Positions 1-11,893 are shown, counted from the stretch's first letter. The stretch is 64,000 nucleotides of DNA from Octopus bimaculoides (GCF_001194135.2 NC_069004.1:32396439-32460438); one strand, 5' to 3'. Numbers and translations: made by a program. The notes: generated by a model from the sequence alone, not told the origin.

Positions 1-14
1 ATATACATACACAC

Positions 15-59
<45 letters not shown>

Positions 60-249
60 TATATATACACGGTTTCTAATTTTTATATATATATATGTAT
101 GTATATATAGATATGTATGTATGTATATATAGATATGTATGTGTGTGTATATAGATATGTATGTATATATGTATACATATATATGTGCATATATATGTGT
201 GTATATATGTATATATATATTTATATATGTATGTATATATGTATATATT

Positions 250-406
250 ATGGGCTTCTTTCAGTTTCCATCTACCAAATCCACTCACAATGCTTTGGTC
301 AGTCCGAGGATATAGTTGAAGACACTTGCCCAAGGTACTTTACAGTGGGACTGAACCCAGAACCATGTGGTTGGAAAGCAAATGTCTTACCCCACAGCCA
401 CATCTG
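250..406 (-). mobile_element. SINE family A, 5' half
   Basis: Reverse complement of the family A head. Confidence 0.8.
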
Positions 407-491
407 TGCCTTATGTCTATATTTTTTAAAGTTAACTTCTTGTTGGTTTGTTTGTTTTTGTTTGTTTATAATGATTGTTGTTTTTGATTAG

Positions 492-610
492 GTCAAGGAA
501 ATCTCGAGCTACAGTACGAGAAAACGAGAATGGTGTGTTCCATGCCCGGCAGTTAAGACGGAAGAAAAGTCCAGAAAAGGCTCCAGCCAAGCAACCAGAT
601 TATGACCGAG
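492..610 (+). CDS. Gene 1 internal exon (unnamed low-complexity protein): (R)SRKSRATVRENENGVFHARQLRRKKSPEKAPAKQPDYDR
   Basis: T-rich acceptor ttgtttttgattag|, donor GAG|gtaaac; 119 nt, open frame, phase 2 in and phase 1 out, which joins the next exon in frame. Upstream exons lie outside the window. Confidence 0.8.
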
Positions 611-893
611 GTAAACTGTGCCACTGAGTTTAAGTAAGGTTGTGCATGCGTATGTGTGTATGTGTGCGTTTAAGAGTGAGAAACTCAGTGTGGGTTAGTG
701 TGTGTGTGTGTGTAGGTTAGAGCCAGTCACACATAACTAGCACTCATCCCAGTGGCACATAAAAGGCACCAGCATCAATTATAATTCCCCTCCCTTCTCT
801 TCCTCCTCCCCTTGTCCTCCTCCCCTTGTCCTCCTTCTCTCCTCCTTCCTCTCTCATGGCCTTAATACATCTCAACCGTTTCTACCAATTCAG

Positions 894-1012
894 ATCAAGG
901 AGGCGTTTTCAAGGCAAAAGAAAAGAATCCAGAAACCCGACATGCCAATGTTGTGTCTGAGAGTGCTGACACCAAGATGGACGAACCAGTAGACAATATG
1001 GCCGCTGAACAG
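894..1012 (+). CDS. Gene 1 internal exon: (D)QGGVFKAKEKNPETRHANVVSESADTKMDEPVDNMAAEQ
   Basis: Acceptor tttctaccaattcag|, donor CAG|gtgggt; 119 nt, phase 1 in and phase 0 out; G+AT gives Asp across the junction. Confidence 0.8.
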
Positions 1013-1159
1013 GTGGGTTCATTGGTTGTTTGGTGGTTGTTGTTGTTGTTGTCATTGCTGTTGATGTTGTTGTCGTGGTTGAGTGTGTTGTGTATTGTAC
1101 CATGTGCAATCTGTGTAGCTATGCTACATGTAATTATCTTCTGTGTACATGTAGGAATT

Positions 1160-1401
1160 TGGGGGGCTCACAATCATTAAGGTCATGGGTTTGATCCACA
1201 GACCAGGTGGCACATTGTATTCTTGAGCAAGGCACTTCATTTCATGTTGCTCCAGTCCATTCAGCTGTAAACCAGTACCAACCCATTGCTGGTGCCGCCT
1301 TCTCTCTCTCCAGCTATCACATCCTTGGTGTTCCTTTGAGTAAAAGAGTGAGGAATGCCAAGAGGGTATCGGTGGGCTTAGAGAATGTGGACTGCACCCC
1401 T
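1160..1401 (+). mobile_element. SINE family D (my label)
   Basis: ttgagcaaggcacttcatttcatgttgctccagtccattcagctg core. Also at about 2092-2200(+), 33249-33560(-), 49990-50303(-), 51600-51900(-), 62495-62760(+). Confidence 0.8.
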
Positions 1402-2337
1402 GTTTTTTTTTTTTTTTTTTTTTTTTNNNNNNNNNNNNNNNNNNNNNNNNNNNNNNNNNNNNNNNNNNNNNNNNNNNNNNNNNNNNNNNNNNNNNNNNNN
1501 NNNNNNNNNNNNNNNNNNNNNNNNNNNNNNNNNNNNNNNNNNNNNNNNNNNNNNNNNNNNNNNNNNNNNNNNNNNNNNNNNNNNNNNNNNNNNNNNNNNN
1601 NNNNNNNNNNNNNNNNNNNNNNNNNNNNNNNNNNNNNNNNNNNNNNNNNNNNNNNNNNNNNNNNNNNNNNNNNNNNNNNNNNNNNNNNNNNNNNNNNNNN
1701 NNNNNNNNNNNNNNNNNNNNNNNNNNNNNNNNNNNNNNNNNNNNNNNNNNNNNNNNNNNNNNNNNNNNNNNNNNNNTGTTTTTTTTTTTTAATGGTTTTT
1801 CTTGGTAGAATCAGAATCTCTGTACTCGAAAATGGGGGTTTCTGTAAAAAAAAAAAGAAAGAAAGTGTGTGTGTGGGGGGGTCCACATTCTTTGCATTCG
1901 CCAAGGGTATTTATGTCTGCTCATGACTACACAGGCACCTAAAACAATTTATGAAAGTATGGTACATGCTACCAAGCCATATACACTGGCGATTATGACT
2001 ATGTGTTTATTGAGTATGATTTTGTGCAGTTTGTGTGCGTGCATGTGTGCTGTATGTGTGAGTGTTGTCTGTGTATAGTGAAGGTGCCTGACTTAGTGGT
2101 TAAGGTATTTAGCTCATGATCATATGGTTGTGAGTTCGATCCCCAGTGGAGCATTGTGCTCTTGAGCAAAACACTTCATTTCACGTTGCTCCAGTCCATG
2201 TTATGTGCTGTGTTTGTATAAGAATGTTGTACAACCTTTGTGAAATGTTTTCTGAATGGTTTGTGTGTGTAGAAGTGTGAGAGATGAAGAAATGTGTCAT
2301 TCTGTCACATTTATTCCTTTCCTTCCTGTATTTGCAG

Positions 2338-2364
2338 ATTAATGAAGAGAAGTTGAGTGATAAG
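2338..2364 (+). CDS. Gene 1 27-nt microexon: INEEKLSDK
   Basis: Long pyrimidine tract ttcctttccttcctgtatttgcag| and perfect donor AAG|gtaagt; phase 0-0, open frame. Confidence 0.8.
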
Positions 2365-2459
2365 GTAAGTGTATGCTAATGAGCTGGACCATAATTGCAT
2401 ACCACTCATTTTTGTTAGATGTGTCTAAGTATTTTGTTTTACTGGAGACAAGGTAGAAC

Positions 2460-3250
2460 AACATTGTATAATTGTGTGTGTGTGTGTGTGTGTATATATA
2501 ACTGGAAATGTGTCTCAGTATGTGTACACAACTGAATATGTGTGCGAGTATGTGTATGCATTTATATTGAAAGCGTGTATGTGCATAACTGTAAACGTAT
2601 GTATGAGTATGTGTGCATAACTGTATGTGTGTGTATGTATGGATATATGTGTGTGTGTGTATGGATATATATGTATATATATTTTGTATCATATTTCTAT
2701 TATATATGTGTGTGCATGAATGTAAATGTGTGTATAAATGTAAATGTGTGTGTGTTTGTACATAACTGTATGCATAACTTAATGTGTGTGAGCATGAGTG
2801 TGTGTGTGTATATAACTGGAAATGTATGTATCAGTATGTGTACATAACTGAATGTGTATGTATGTGAAGTATGTGTATGGATATATATTGAAAGTGTGTG
2901 TATACATAGCTGTACGTGTGTATGTGTGTGTATGCATAACTGTACATGTATGTATGAGTATGTGTGCATAACTGTGTGTGTGTGTGCATAAATGTAAATG
3001 TGTGTATGAGTAAATGTATGTATAAATGTGTGTGTGCGTGAATCCACGTGTGTATGCATAAGTGAATGTATGTATGTGTACATAACCATATATGTATGTA
3101 ACCGTGTGTGTGTGTGCATAACTGAATGTATGTGTGAGTGTGTGTATATGTGTAACTGAATATATGTGTAAATTTATGTGTGTATGTGTGAGTCAATGTA
3201 TGAGTGTGTGTGCATGATTACATGTGTATGTGATTACACAATTGTGTGTG
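2460..3250. repeat. Cryptic (TG/TA)-rich satellite with recurrent gtgcataactg motif and a duplication of about 310 bp
   Basis: tataactggaaatgt..tcagtatgtgtaca occurs at about 2499 and 2811. Confidence 0.75.
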
Positions 3251-3587
3251 TGCGTGTTCCTAACTCAAACTCTAAATCCTAACATGACAGCTAATCCTAA
3301 TCTTATCTAATCCATTCTTAAGATTAATCTTTGATTAACATTACAGCTTCAACTTGTTTCCACTGTTTTAAACATTGATTGAATACGTACCAGTAATTTA
3401 ACTGGGTAGACAGTAGTTTAGCCATTCCTGAGTCCATTCTGTAGCGGTAGAGTCAAAGGCAAGGACCATGAGGACGATGCTGGTAGTGGTGGCGGCGGTG
3501 GTGATGACGATGTTAGTGGAAATACTGCTAACAGAGGTGGTGGTCATACTAAAAAATGGGGGATTCTGTAAAAAAAGAAAAAAAAAA

Positions 3588-3790
3588 GGGGGTGCAGTCC
3601 ACATTCTTTACGTCCCCTGATAACCTCTTGGTATTCCTCACCCTTTAACTCAAAGGAACACCAGGATGTGACAGCTGGAGGGAGAGAAGGCGGCACCAGC
3701 AATGGGTTGGTACTGGTTCACAGCTGAATGGACTGGAGCAACATGAAATGAAGTGCCTTGCTCAAGGATACAATGTGCCACCTAGCTACA
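3588..3790 (-). mobile_element. SINE family D, inverted near-identical partner of 1206-1401
   Basis: About 195 bp align with roughly 15 differences by eye. Confidence 0.85.
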
Positions 3791-4346
3791 CAGATTGCAC
3801 ATGGTACAATACACAACACACTCAACCATGAATACTGTTTATAGTAGTTGTGCTGATGCCCTCATCTTGATCCTTGTTCTCACTTTGTTTTGGATGTTGT
3901 ATGCTCCAGGCTTCTTCGTGTGTCTTGTCATTCACCTCAGTGCCTTGCCTGTGATTCCACTGAGAACATGGAAGTAACTGCATTGCTTGCAGGCATAGTG
4001 TAGAGGATAAAAGCGTTGGTTTATGCAGTGCAGCCACCTAGAGATTCTGGGTTCAGTCCCGGGCACAAGGGGTAAGGTGAATCACAAGACACCTGAGGAA
4101 GATTGTAGTGAAAGCAACAATCAAGATGGGACACAAGTCCCGACTTATGTAAACAGTGTACATAGACTGGGTAACGACAAACTGATTGTTGTACGGGGGG
4201 GGGGGGGTGCTGAAATGTTCCTGGCTTTAAGGGTATTGCAAGAAGCCTGGTTGGAGGCCCAACTTCCTGAGTTCTTTTACTGGGCTTAGAAAAACTGAAC
4301 GACTGCTGCAATAAGTATGTGAATCTGAGAGGGGAATACGTTACTC

Positions 4347-4730
4347 TCTCTTTTACTTGTTTCAGTCATTTGACTGCGGCCATGCTGGAGCACAGCCTTT
4401 AGTCGAGCAAATCGACCCCAGGACTTATTCTTTGTAAGCCTAGTACTTATTCTATCGGTCTCTTTTGCCGAACCGCTAAGTTACAGGGACGTAAACCCAC
4501 CAGCATCGGTTGTTAAGCGATGTTGGGGGGACAAACACAAACACACATATATATATATATATATACATATATGATGGGCTTCTTTCAGTTTCCATCTACC
4601 AAATCCACTCACAAGGCTTTGGTTGGCCCAAGGCTATAGTAGAAGACACTTGCCCAAGGTGCCACACAGTGGGACTGAACCCGGAACCATGTGGTTGGGG
4701 AGCAAGCTACTTACCACACAGCCACTCCTG
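4347..4730 (-). mobile_element. SINE family A, full length
   Basis: High similarity to 45319-45725, reverse orientation. Confidence 0.9.
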
Positions 4731-4801
4731 CAAAATCATAATTAACTGGTCCTCCTGTATTTTCGTTTACCCAAAGCCAGGAGCTTTTCAGTATCCTCTC
4801 G

Positions 4802-4966
4802 TAACTGGGTCACTGTAACAAAATCACTACAAACTCATTCTTGTAACTGGGTCACTCTAACAAGCCAACTGCTAACTGGGTCACTATTGATTGCTATAAC
4901 TGGATCACTGTAATAAGATCATTAAAAACTGGGTCCCATTTACGACTGATTGTTGTAACTGGGTCA
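4802..4966 (+). repeat. Degenerate 14-bp tandem repeat (gtaactgggtcact)
   Basis: TAACTGGGTCA exact at 4802, 4844, 4873, 4956; one-mismatch copies at 4897 and 4926. Confidence 0.85.
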
Positions 4967-5034
4967 CTTAAAAGAATTATTTTAAGAAGTGACTCAATAA
5001 TTTAAGACGTCAGGCATCTCTCAAACATGATGAC

Positions 5035-5103
5035 TACAAACTGGATTGCCACATCCGGATCGATACAAACTGGATTGCCACATCCGGATCGATACAAACT
5101 GGA
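5035..5103. repeat. Perfect 29-bp tandem duplication (2.4 copies)
   Basis: Unit tacaaactggattgccacatccggatcga. Confidence 0.95.
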
Positions 5104-5253
5104 ATCAATGACAAAGGAAGGTTGTTGATACAAAGACAACAAATTGATCAATTATGAAGTCAATCAATAATCTAAGAACACTTACTTCAATGCAGTGTTT
5201 CTGTAACAAACAGAAACTGGGCATTACAAAACAGTGTCAACAGGACATGTCTA

Positions 5254-5418
5254 TCAACTGTATAATCATCATCATGACCATCATCATCATCATTGTCATC
5301 ATCATTGTTGTCACCATCATCATGATCAATTTCATTACCGTCATTATCATCATCATAGTCATCATCATCATTGTTGTCATCATCATCATTGTCAGCTTTA
5401 TCCTTGTCATCACCATTG

Positions 5419-5453
<35 letters not shown>

Positions 5454-5470
5454 GTTGTTGTCATTGTTTT
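5254..5470. repeat. Degenerate (ATC)n trinucleotide tract
   Basis: Direct reading; source of the spurious poly-I/H/D/M ORFs. Confidence 0.9.
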
Positions 5471-5818
5471 GATGTCCCCTTTTCTTTGCCTGCAATGGAT
5501 CAGCTGGAATACGTTGAGGCAGATTTCCTGTGGCTGGGTGCCCTTACTGTCACCAACCTTCCCTTGTCTCCAAGCAATTGAGTATTTCTCCATGGATAGC
5601 CATGTCTTCTATGGAAGCCTGGAAATGACAACAATGCTCGAATGATGGTGACATTCACTTACAATTGTCACACAATGTCAAGATAAGGGTACACACGCAC
5701 ACATACACCCCTGTGTGTATGTGTGTATATATGTGTATGTATGTATGTAAAATGTGTTTTTGAGAGAATACACACACTTTCTTCACAAAGACTTTATACA
5801 CATTTCTTTATATATAGA

Positions 5819-6225
5819 CGCAGTAGTGGCTGTGTGGTAAGAAGCTTGCTTACCAACCACATGGTTTCTGGGTTCACTTCCACTGCGTGGTACCTTGGGA
5901 AAGTGTCTTCTACTATAGCCTTGAGCTGACCAAAATCTTGTTAGTGGATTTAGTAGACGGAAACTGAAAGAAGCCCGTCGTGTATATATATGTATGTATG
6001 TATTTGTGTATCTGTGTTTGTCCCCNNNNNNNNNNCCCCCAACACCGTAACTTGACAACCGATGTTGGTGTGTTTATGTCTCCCATAACTTAGCCGCTCG
6101 GCAAAAGTGACCGATAGAATAAGTACTACGCTTACAAAGAATAAATTCTGGAGTTGATTTATTCAACTAAAGGTGTTGCTCCAGCATGGCTGCAGTCACA
6201 TGACGGAAACGATGAAAAGAAAAGA
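5819..6225 (+). mobile_element. SINE family A, full length
   Basis: Head, internal microsatellite, 3' module and tail present. Confidence 0.88.
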
Positions 6226-6868
6226 AAAAATACACACACACGCATACACACTCATCTAAGCATCAATAGTCAATACATCTCACCTTCATTTACATATACA
6301 TATATATATATATGTATATATGTATGTGTATATATAAAACTGAGCTAAACTTGATTAACCAACTTAAGTAGATTATCTAAATATTTGCCCTTTTCTTTGG
6401 TTTATATTTCGAGATTAAGATTAACCTCTGCTTACTTAGAATGGATTAACAAGTAGGATCATCCTCTTCTTGCTTATGATGCAGTATCACTAGTTTAGAG
6501 CCTCCTGTTGGAAGAAATTGTGACCAGGACATATGAAGCGTTTGTGTGTGTGTGTACAGAGTGTACCAAGCATTTGTAAACAAAAGCAAAACTGAAGTCA
6601 CCAAACAATGGCCCACTCGTTCAGCCAGAAACACCAATGAAACATACCATGCAATAAAATTGTCCCCTGTCCTGGTGACAGCCCTGATACGACCATAAGA
6701 GTGCCAACATGCTTGGGTTAACCAGCTCCTGCTCATTTTGCCCACAACAGCAGGTCCTCAGTGAGGCCCTGGCTCCATGGTGCCTGACCCCACAGTGCCA
6801 CCCTCTGACACTACTGCTACTCGCACTTAGTCTTATTGGAATGTGCATAATTAATGTATATTTGGGAA

Positions 6869-6915
<47 letters not shown>

Positions 6916-6996
6916 CAATTTAGAGTTGTTAAAATGTGTGTGTAATCTTAATTAAAAGTTAATTTTTGTTTTGTTTCTTCTTTTTTTGTTTTAAAG

Positions 6997-7032
6997 GAAT
7001 CTCGCAGTAAAAACACTTCCATAAAGAAATCA
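6997..7032 (+). CDS. Gene 1 36-nt exon: ESRSKNTSIKKS
   Basis: Acceptor ttctttttttgttttaaag|, donor TCA|gtaagt; phase 0-0. Confidence 0.75.
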
Positions 7033-7064
7033 GTAAGTAGCAATTTTTTTTTTTCTTATTGGTT

Positions 7065-7470
7065 TAAGACAGAGTCTGTGCCAATGGCCTCCACAGACCA
7101 TTAGGGGCCAGTGAGAGTGACAAGGCTGATGTCTCTTTTAAACATTTGTGAGTTGACGGCTGCAGAGGAAGCGTTGCTCATGTATGGAGACTGAGAACTC
7201 CAGAGGGATGAAGCTTTGTGATTTGGAGGAAGAACTTAGGTGTAGGGGTTAACGGCAGGACCTGAGAAGATGAGGAGGAGGACACAATAAGGGTATCAAG
7301 GGAAGGAGAGACTAATGATTTGGGGATAGTGGGGCGCCTGGGTGGTGGAGAGGACACAAGACCAGCCAGTTCTGATGAGCAGTGGCCATGGTAGTAGTAG
7401 TAAAAACGACAGAGGAAGGTGACAACATGGCTGCGTATGAGTCGTGAACTAAAACTTCTCAGTCGTCGTT
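7065..7470 (-). mobile_element. 3' fragment of a CR1/Jockey-group LINE ORF2
   Basis: Minus-strand FYYYYHGHCSSELAGLV (7355-7405), then LWSS and FKRDIS, resembling the LFYRYxHGxCSSEL...LWNSLP...FKR C-terminal region of this group. Confidence 0.65.
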
Positions 7471-7610
7471 GTTATTGCCCAGTTGCATTATCAAATTATT
7501 CGAACAGAGAAGATTGAAAGGAGTTTTATTTTTACGCTTAGTCAGGGGGAAAGACAGTGCCCCTTACATTCTTCAGGGTTCCTGACACTGGCAAGATAGA
7601 GAAGATGGTA

Positions 7611-7790
7611 TCATCATCATCATCATCATCATCATCATCGTTTAACGTCCGCTTTCCATGCTAGCATGGGTTGCACGATTTGACTGAGGACTGGTGAAAC
7701 CGGATGGCAACACCAGGCTCCAATCTAATTTGGCAGAGTTTCTACAGCTGGATGCCCTTCCTAACTCCAACCACTCAGAGAAAAACCCTG
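7611..7790 (-). mobile_element. Family B retroposon (my label) with (GAT)n tail
   Basis: catcatc-gtttaacgtccgctttccatgctagcatggg...ctggatgcccttcctaac. Further copies near 10790-10910(+), 25973-26150(-), 37880-38010(-), 44530-44700(+), 47690-47812(+), 53590-53745(+). Confidence 0.8.
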
Positions 7791-7845
7791 CCTTGAACAC
7801 AACTGTATGATGATGATGATGATACTTCTGTTTGCACAAAGGGCA

Positions 7846-8040
7846 TCAGGTGATGAGAGTTCTCCAAGTGGTGCCACTCTGAGACAAAGTACACCCTTCT
7901 TCCCAGGTGGCACCCATTTTGGTCAAGTCTTCTAGCACAGTCTTTTGCCATGTCATCACCAAACTGCCTCTCTTTTGCCTCCCACTTTCATTCTGGAAGT
8001 TGTTCTTTAGCGCTTCCCAATAGAACCGATCTATGATCAA
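7846..8040 (-). mobile_element. 3' fragment of an RTE-clade LINE
   Basis: GRQKRGSLVMTWQKTVLEDLTKMGATWEE..LSQSGTTWRTL resembles the RTE C-terminal G.R.RGRP..TW..TV..DL...W motif; followed by a short (ATC)n tail. Confidence 0.7.
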
Positions 8041-8379
8041 AGGAACAGGTTTGACCATGCGATTCAGGAGTTGGCATCACAACCATGTGGTTCTTAGTTC
8101 AATCCTGCCGCACGACTCCTTAAGCAATGCTTTCTGAGTAGGATTCATTTGGTGGAAAATGTACAGAAGCCTCTTGTATATATTTGTGTGTTTGTACATA
8201 TATGAATGTATGCATGTCTGTATGTATATACACATGTACTTATGTCTGACAATGTGTTCCAACCATGACTATCCCCCCCCCCCCCCCCACCAGCATAGTA
8301 TAACAAGCACTGCATTGTTTAATGTATGCTTCTCCTCAAGTAGGTAATGTGTAGTTTGAGGGGAAATTTAGTTGCTATT

Positions 8380-8716
8380 GCAGGCATAGCTGTGTGGTTA
8401 GAGGCTTGTTCCCCAGTCACGTGGTTCTGGGTTCATAGCACCTTGGACAAGTGTCTTCCCTGAAACCTTGTGAGTGGATTTGGAAGACAAAAACTAAAAG
8501 AAGCCTGTCGTATATATATGTGTGTGTGTGTGTTCTTTTACTTGTTTCAGCCTTTTGACTATGGCCATACTGGAGTACCACCTTGAAGGGTTGTACTTGA
8601 ACAAATTGACTTATTTTTTAATCCCAGCACTTATTCTATCAGTCTCTTTTGCTGAACCGCTAAGTTACAGGGATGTAAACACACCAACACCAGTAGTCAA
8701 GCGGTGATTGGGGGAA

Positions 8717-8752
<36 letters not shown>

Positions 8753-8911
8753 ACAGGCTTCTTTCAGTTTCTGTCTACCAAATCGACTCAAAAGGCTTTG
8801 AGTGACCTGGGGGCTCTATTAGAAGACACTTGCCCAAGGTGACATGCAGTGGAACTGAAACTGGAACCCTGTGGTTGGTAAGCAAGCTTCTTCCCACATG
8901 GCCATATCTGC
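8380..8911. mobile_element. Two family A SINEs in inverted orientation (8380-8510 plus head; 8533-8911 minus full length)
   Basis: Recognisable family A modules in opposite orientations. Confidence 0.8.
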
Positions 8912-8984
8912 ACTTATAGTCTTATTTACAATGACTAATTGTTGTTTTTTTGTTATTTTCATTTTTTTATTTTCTCTGTTGCAG

Positions 8985-10097
8985 GAAAAAGAACAGAAAA
9001 AGACAAACGAAGTTTCAGGCAATCAAAGATCCAAAAACCCAAAGAATGCTGATGTTTCTTCTAGCAAAAAACCCACTGCAAATAACGGTGAGTCTGCTAA
9101 AGACCAAATTTCGGGGCAAGCAGCACCAGATGCGGGAGTAGGGAATTCAACATCATCCTCCAAGAACTCTGATCAAAAGAACACCACTGACGTTGCGGGA
9201 GAGAAGAAAGCCACTGACGAACCAAAGAACTCAAAGACAGTCAGGAAACCTGATGAATCCCTTGTAGACAATCATGCCAACACACCACCAGCACAGCAAA
9301 TCTTTTCCCAAAAAGAATCAAATAAACAGGTCGGAGATGGTAGTTCATCCGCCTCTTCAAAAGCATTCGATAATGATGGTGGAGCTGCTCAGAATGATGC
9401 CAAGGATAATGATGACCGAGTTGAGAGTCCAAAGGTAGAACCAACGAAAGATGGCAAAGCTGAAACTAATGACAGCAATGCCAAAGCAGATGACCAAAGA
9501 ATATCCGACAATCGAACATTAGACAATGAAACTCCCATGTCTGAACCCAATGCAGTTGAGAAGGATCCTTTTGAAAGCTCTGTTTCACCTGTAGATGGCG
9601 CTGTTGAAAGAGAAGATTCTTTGTTGAGTAACAATACAAAGACTGATGACAATCTGAACGCTAAACAACCTGAACAGGAGACAGACGAAAAGAATGCTCA
9701 AAACATTCTAGGTTCATCTGGAGACAAAAGCAATACAAAAGACACTGAAGAACTGGATAAACCCTTGAGTCCACAGGAACGAGATGTCATAAACAGCCCA
9801 CCGATTGAGTCAAGTGTTGATCGAGAGCGCTCACCATCGGTACAATCTCCGCCGCTTTCAGAATCCCTTACGAGCGACCAGTTGTCGGAGAACAAGGCTC
9901 AAGAGAGCAACAGCAGTGAAGTTCCGAAAGATGATAATAATGCTTTGAACAGCAGTCAAGATATGAATAACGTAGCAGACATTCAACAGAATGAAAACCA
10001 CAACAACACCGGGAATTCCAAAGAACTGGAGAAGCAATCAAATTCAAATGCTGATGAGACAAATCCACCCAAAGTCCCAGCTTCAACTAATGGCTAA
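8985..10097 (+). CDS. Gene 1 large terminal coding exon (370 aa, EKEQKKTNE...[10 protein letters not shown]), predicted intrinsically disordered
   Basis: Acceptor tttttattttctctgttgcag|; 1113-nt uninterrupted non-repetitive ORF in phase 0 ending TAA at 10095-10097; S/N/D/E/K-rich with no Cys, Trp or Tyr; AATAAA at 10118-10123. No recognisable domain. Confidence 0.88.
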   Translation, partial: EKEQKKTNEVSGNQRSKNPKNADVSSSKKPTANNGESAKDQISGQAAPDAGVGNSTSSSKNSDQKNTTDVAGEKKATDEPKNSKTVRKPDESLVDNHANTPPAQQIFSQKESNKQVGDGSSSASSKAFDNDGGAAQNDAKDNDDRVESPKVEPTKDGKAETNDSNAKADDQRISDNRTLDNETPMSEPNAVEKDPFESSVSPVDGAVEREDSLLSNNTKTDDNLNAKQPEQETDEKNAQNILGSSGDKSNTKDTEELDKPLSPQERDVINSPPIESSVDRERSPSVQSPPLSESLTSDQLSENKAQESNSSEVPKDDNNALNSSQDMNNVADIQQNENHNNTGNSKELEKQSNSNADETNPPKVPASTNG

Positions 10098-10166
10098 ACA
10101 CACCACAACATATATATAATAAATATATATATATATAAGTACATACATATGTGTATATATATATAT

Positions 10167-10215
<49 letters not shown>

Positions 10216-10257
10216 CACATACATATGTGTATGCATAAATATATGTGTGCGTATGTA

Positions 10258-10293
<36 letters not shown>

Positions 10294-10339
10294 CACACAC
10301 ATATATACACACATACTTATGTTTGTAGGTATTCTCTTC

Positions 10340-10380
<41 letters not shown>

Positions 10381-10577
10381 AATATAAACCTAGCTTAGCC
10401 TTCTGTTATCTATACGGCTAATCTTGCATGTTAGGTTGGCCGACATATTTTGGATTGCTGCTCTGCATGTCTTTTACTGATATATTTTGGATTTTGTTTT
10501 TCATATTTTGCTTCCTCGACTGGGAAAGGTCTGGGAGAGTATCTGGGTATTTATTGCTTATATGGTGCTTTTTTTTC

Positions 10578-10671
<94 letters not shown>

Positions 10672-11431
10672 TTTTAGCAAAACAAAAAAATCCAGACTTG
10701 ATGTTCTTTCTAGTGTTTGTGTTTGTATATATATATGTTTGTGTATGTATACATATATATATGTTTATGTGTGTGTGTGCATGTATAGAAACCATACCAA
10801 AACAGGCACTGGAGTATGCTGCGGCCTTCAGACTTGTTGAATCCTCTCAAACAATCCAACCCATTCCAGCATGGAAAATGGACATTAAAAGAGGATGATG
10901 ATGATGAGGAGGAGAAGGAGGATGTATACAGATATTGCAATATTACAGCTTTTTCCACCATCATTATTAGAAATACGCAACACTATATAATAGTATAAAA
11001 TAAATACTACATAGCCTGAGATTCTGGTTGACCGATCACTAGTATGTCATTCGAGTTAGTTAAATCTACCAATTTTGGTGGTCAAGAATCGGGACATCAC
11101 TATGGTGATGACTGAAACAAGTAAAAGATAGATGCATGCGAGGTAGCACAGAATGCAAAGAGACTGATGGTGATCCGTGTCGGTAAGGCTTATGTTTTTT
11201 TTTTTTACAAAAAATCAACAAAAAGTCTATAGTGAAATTATTGTTGGGGCACTGAAAAGTCTAATGTTTCAGACAAAATTCTTCCTCAGGGAAAAGCTAA
11301 TGGGAGCGAAATTAAAGGAAAACAGTAGAGTTTTACATCTTCTGTGTTTAAGAAACTGGCTGCCACTGATGAAGAGCTTAAGGTTCTATGCTGATTTAAA
11401 GAGATCATCTAGTTCAGTCAACTGAATTATC

Positions 11432-11620
11432 TCCCCACCATTACTTGACATCCAATGCTGGTGTGTTTACATCCCCATAACTTAGCAGTTTGGTAAAAGA
11501 GACCGATAGAATAAGTACTAGGCTTACAAAGAATAAGTCCTGGGGTCGATTTGTTCAAATAAAAGTAGTGCTCCAGCATGGCTGCAGTCAAATGATTGAA
11601 ACAAGTAAAAGAATAAAAGA
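11432..11620 (+). mobile_element. SINE family A, 3' half
   Basis: gagaccgatagaataagtactaggcttacaaagaataagtcc module. Confidence 0.8.
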
Positions 11621-11833
11621 ATACACACGTACACACACACATACATATATCAATCTTCCTTGGTTTCCGTGGCCTGAATTCTCCTCACAAGGTAATTGGT
11701 TAACCTGTGGTTATTAATATATAAAATTTCAATATATTTCTAATTAGTTAATTTGCTTCCTCAGCTGCCATTTTCAATGATATGGAAAAGTTACCAAGAA
11801 AAGAAATACTACAATAATTTATATATATATATA

Positions 11834-11893
<60 letters not shown>

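Noticed and set aside
4091-4143. Hammerhead-like CTGAGGA..GATTGT/ACAATC with downstream hairpin
   Set aside because: GAAA is replaced by AAGA, there is no UH and no stem I; at best a fossil.
4802-4966. CRISPR-like repeat-spacer pattern
   Set aside because: Repeats are only 11-14 bp, spacers are irregular and self-similar, the context is eukaryotic and there are no cas genes.
6440-6850. GC-richer block, possibly an L1/Tx1 C-terminal remnant
   Set aside because: Only vague similarity (ET.HA..P); no diagnostic motif I can defend.
8871-8984. N-terminus of the 408-aa ORF as a real start
   Set aside because: It is family A SINE sequence plus the polypyrimidine tract; coding begins at the acceptor (8985).
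11259-11289. Minus-strand CTGAGGA-AGA..TCT-GAAAC
   Set aside because: Core and stem II are present, but there is no convincing NUH or stem I pairing.
11362-11385. CTGATGA followed by a 5-bp stem
   Set aside because: No GAAA after the stem.
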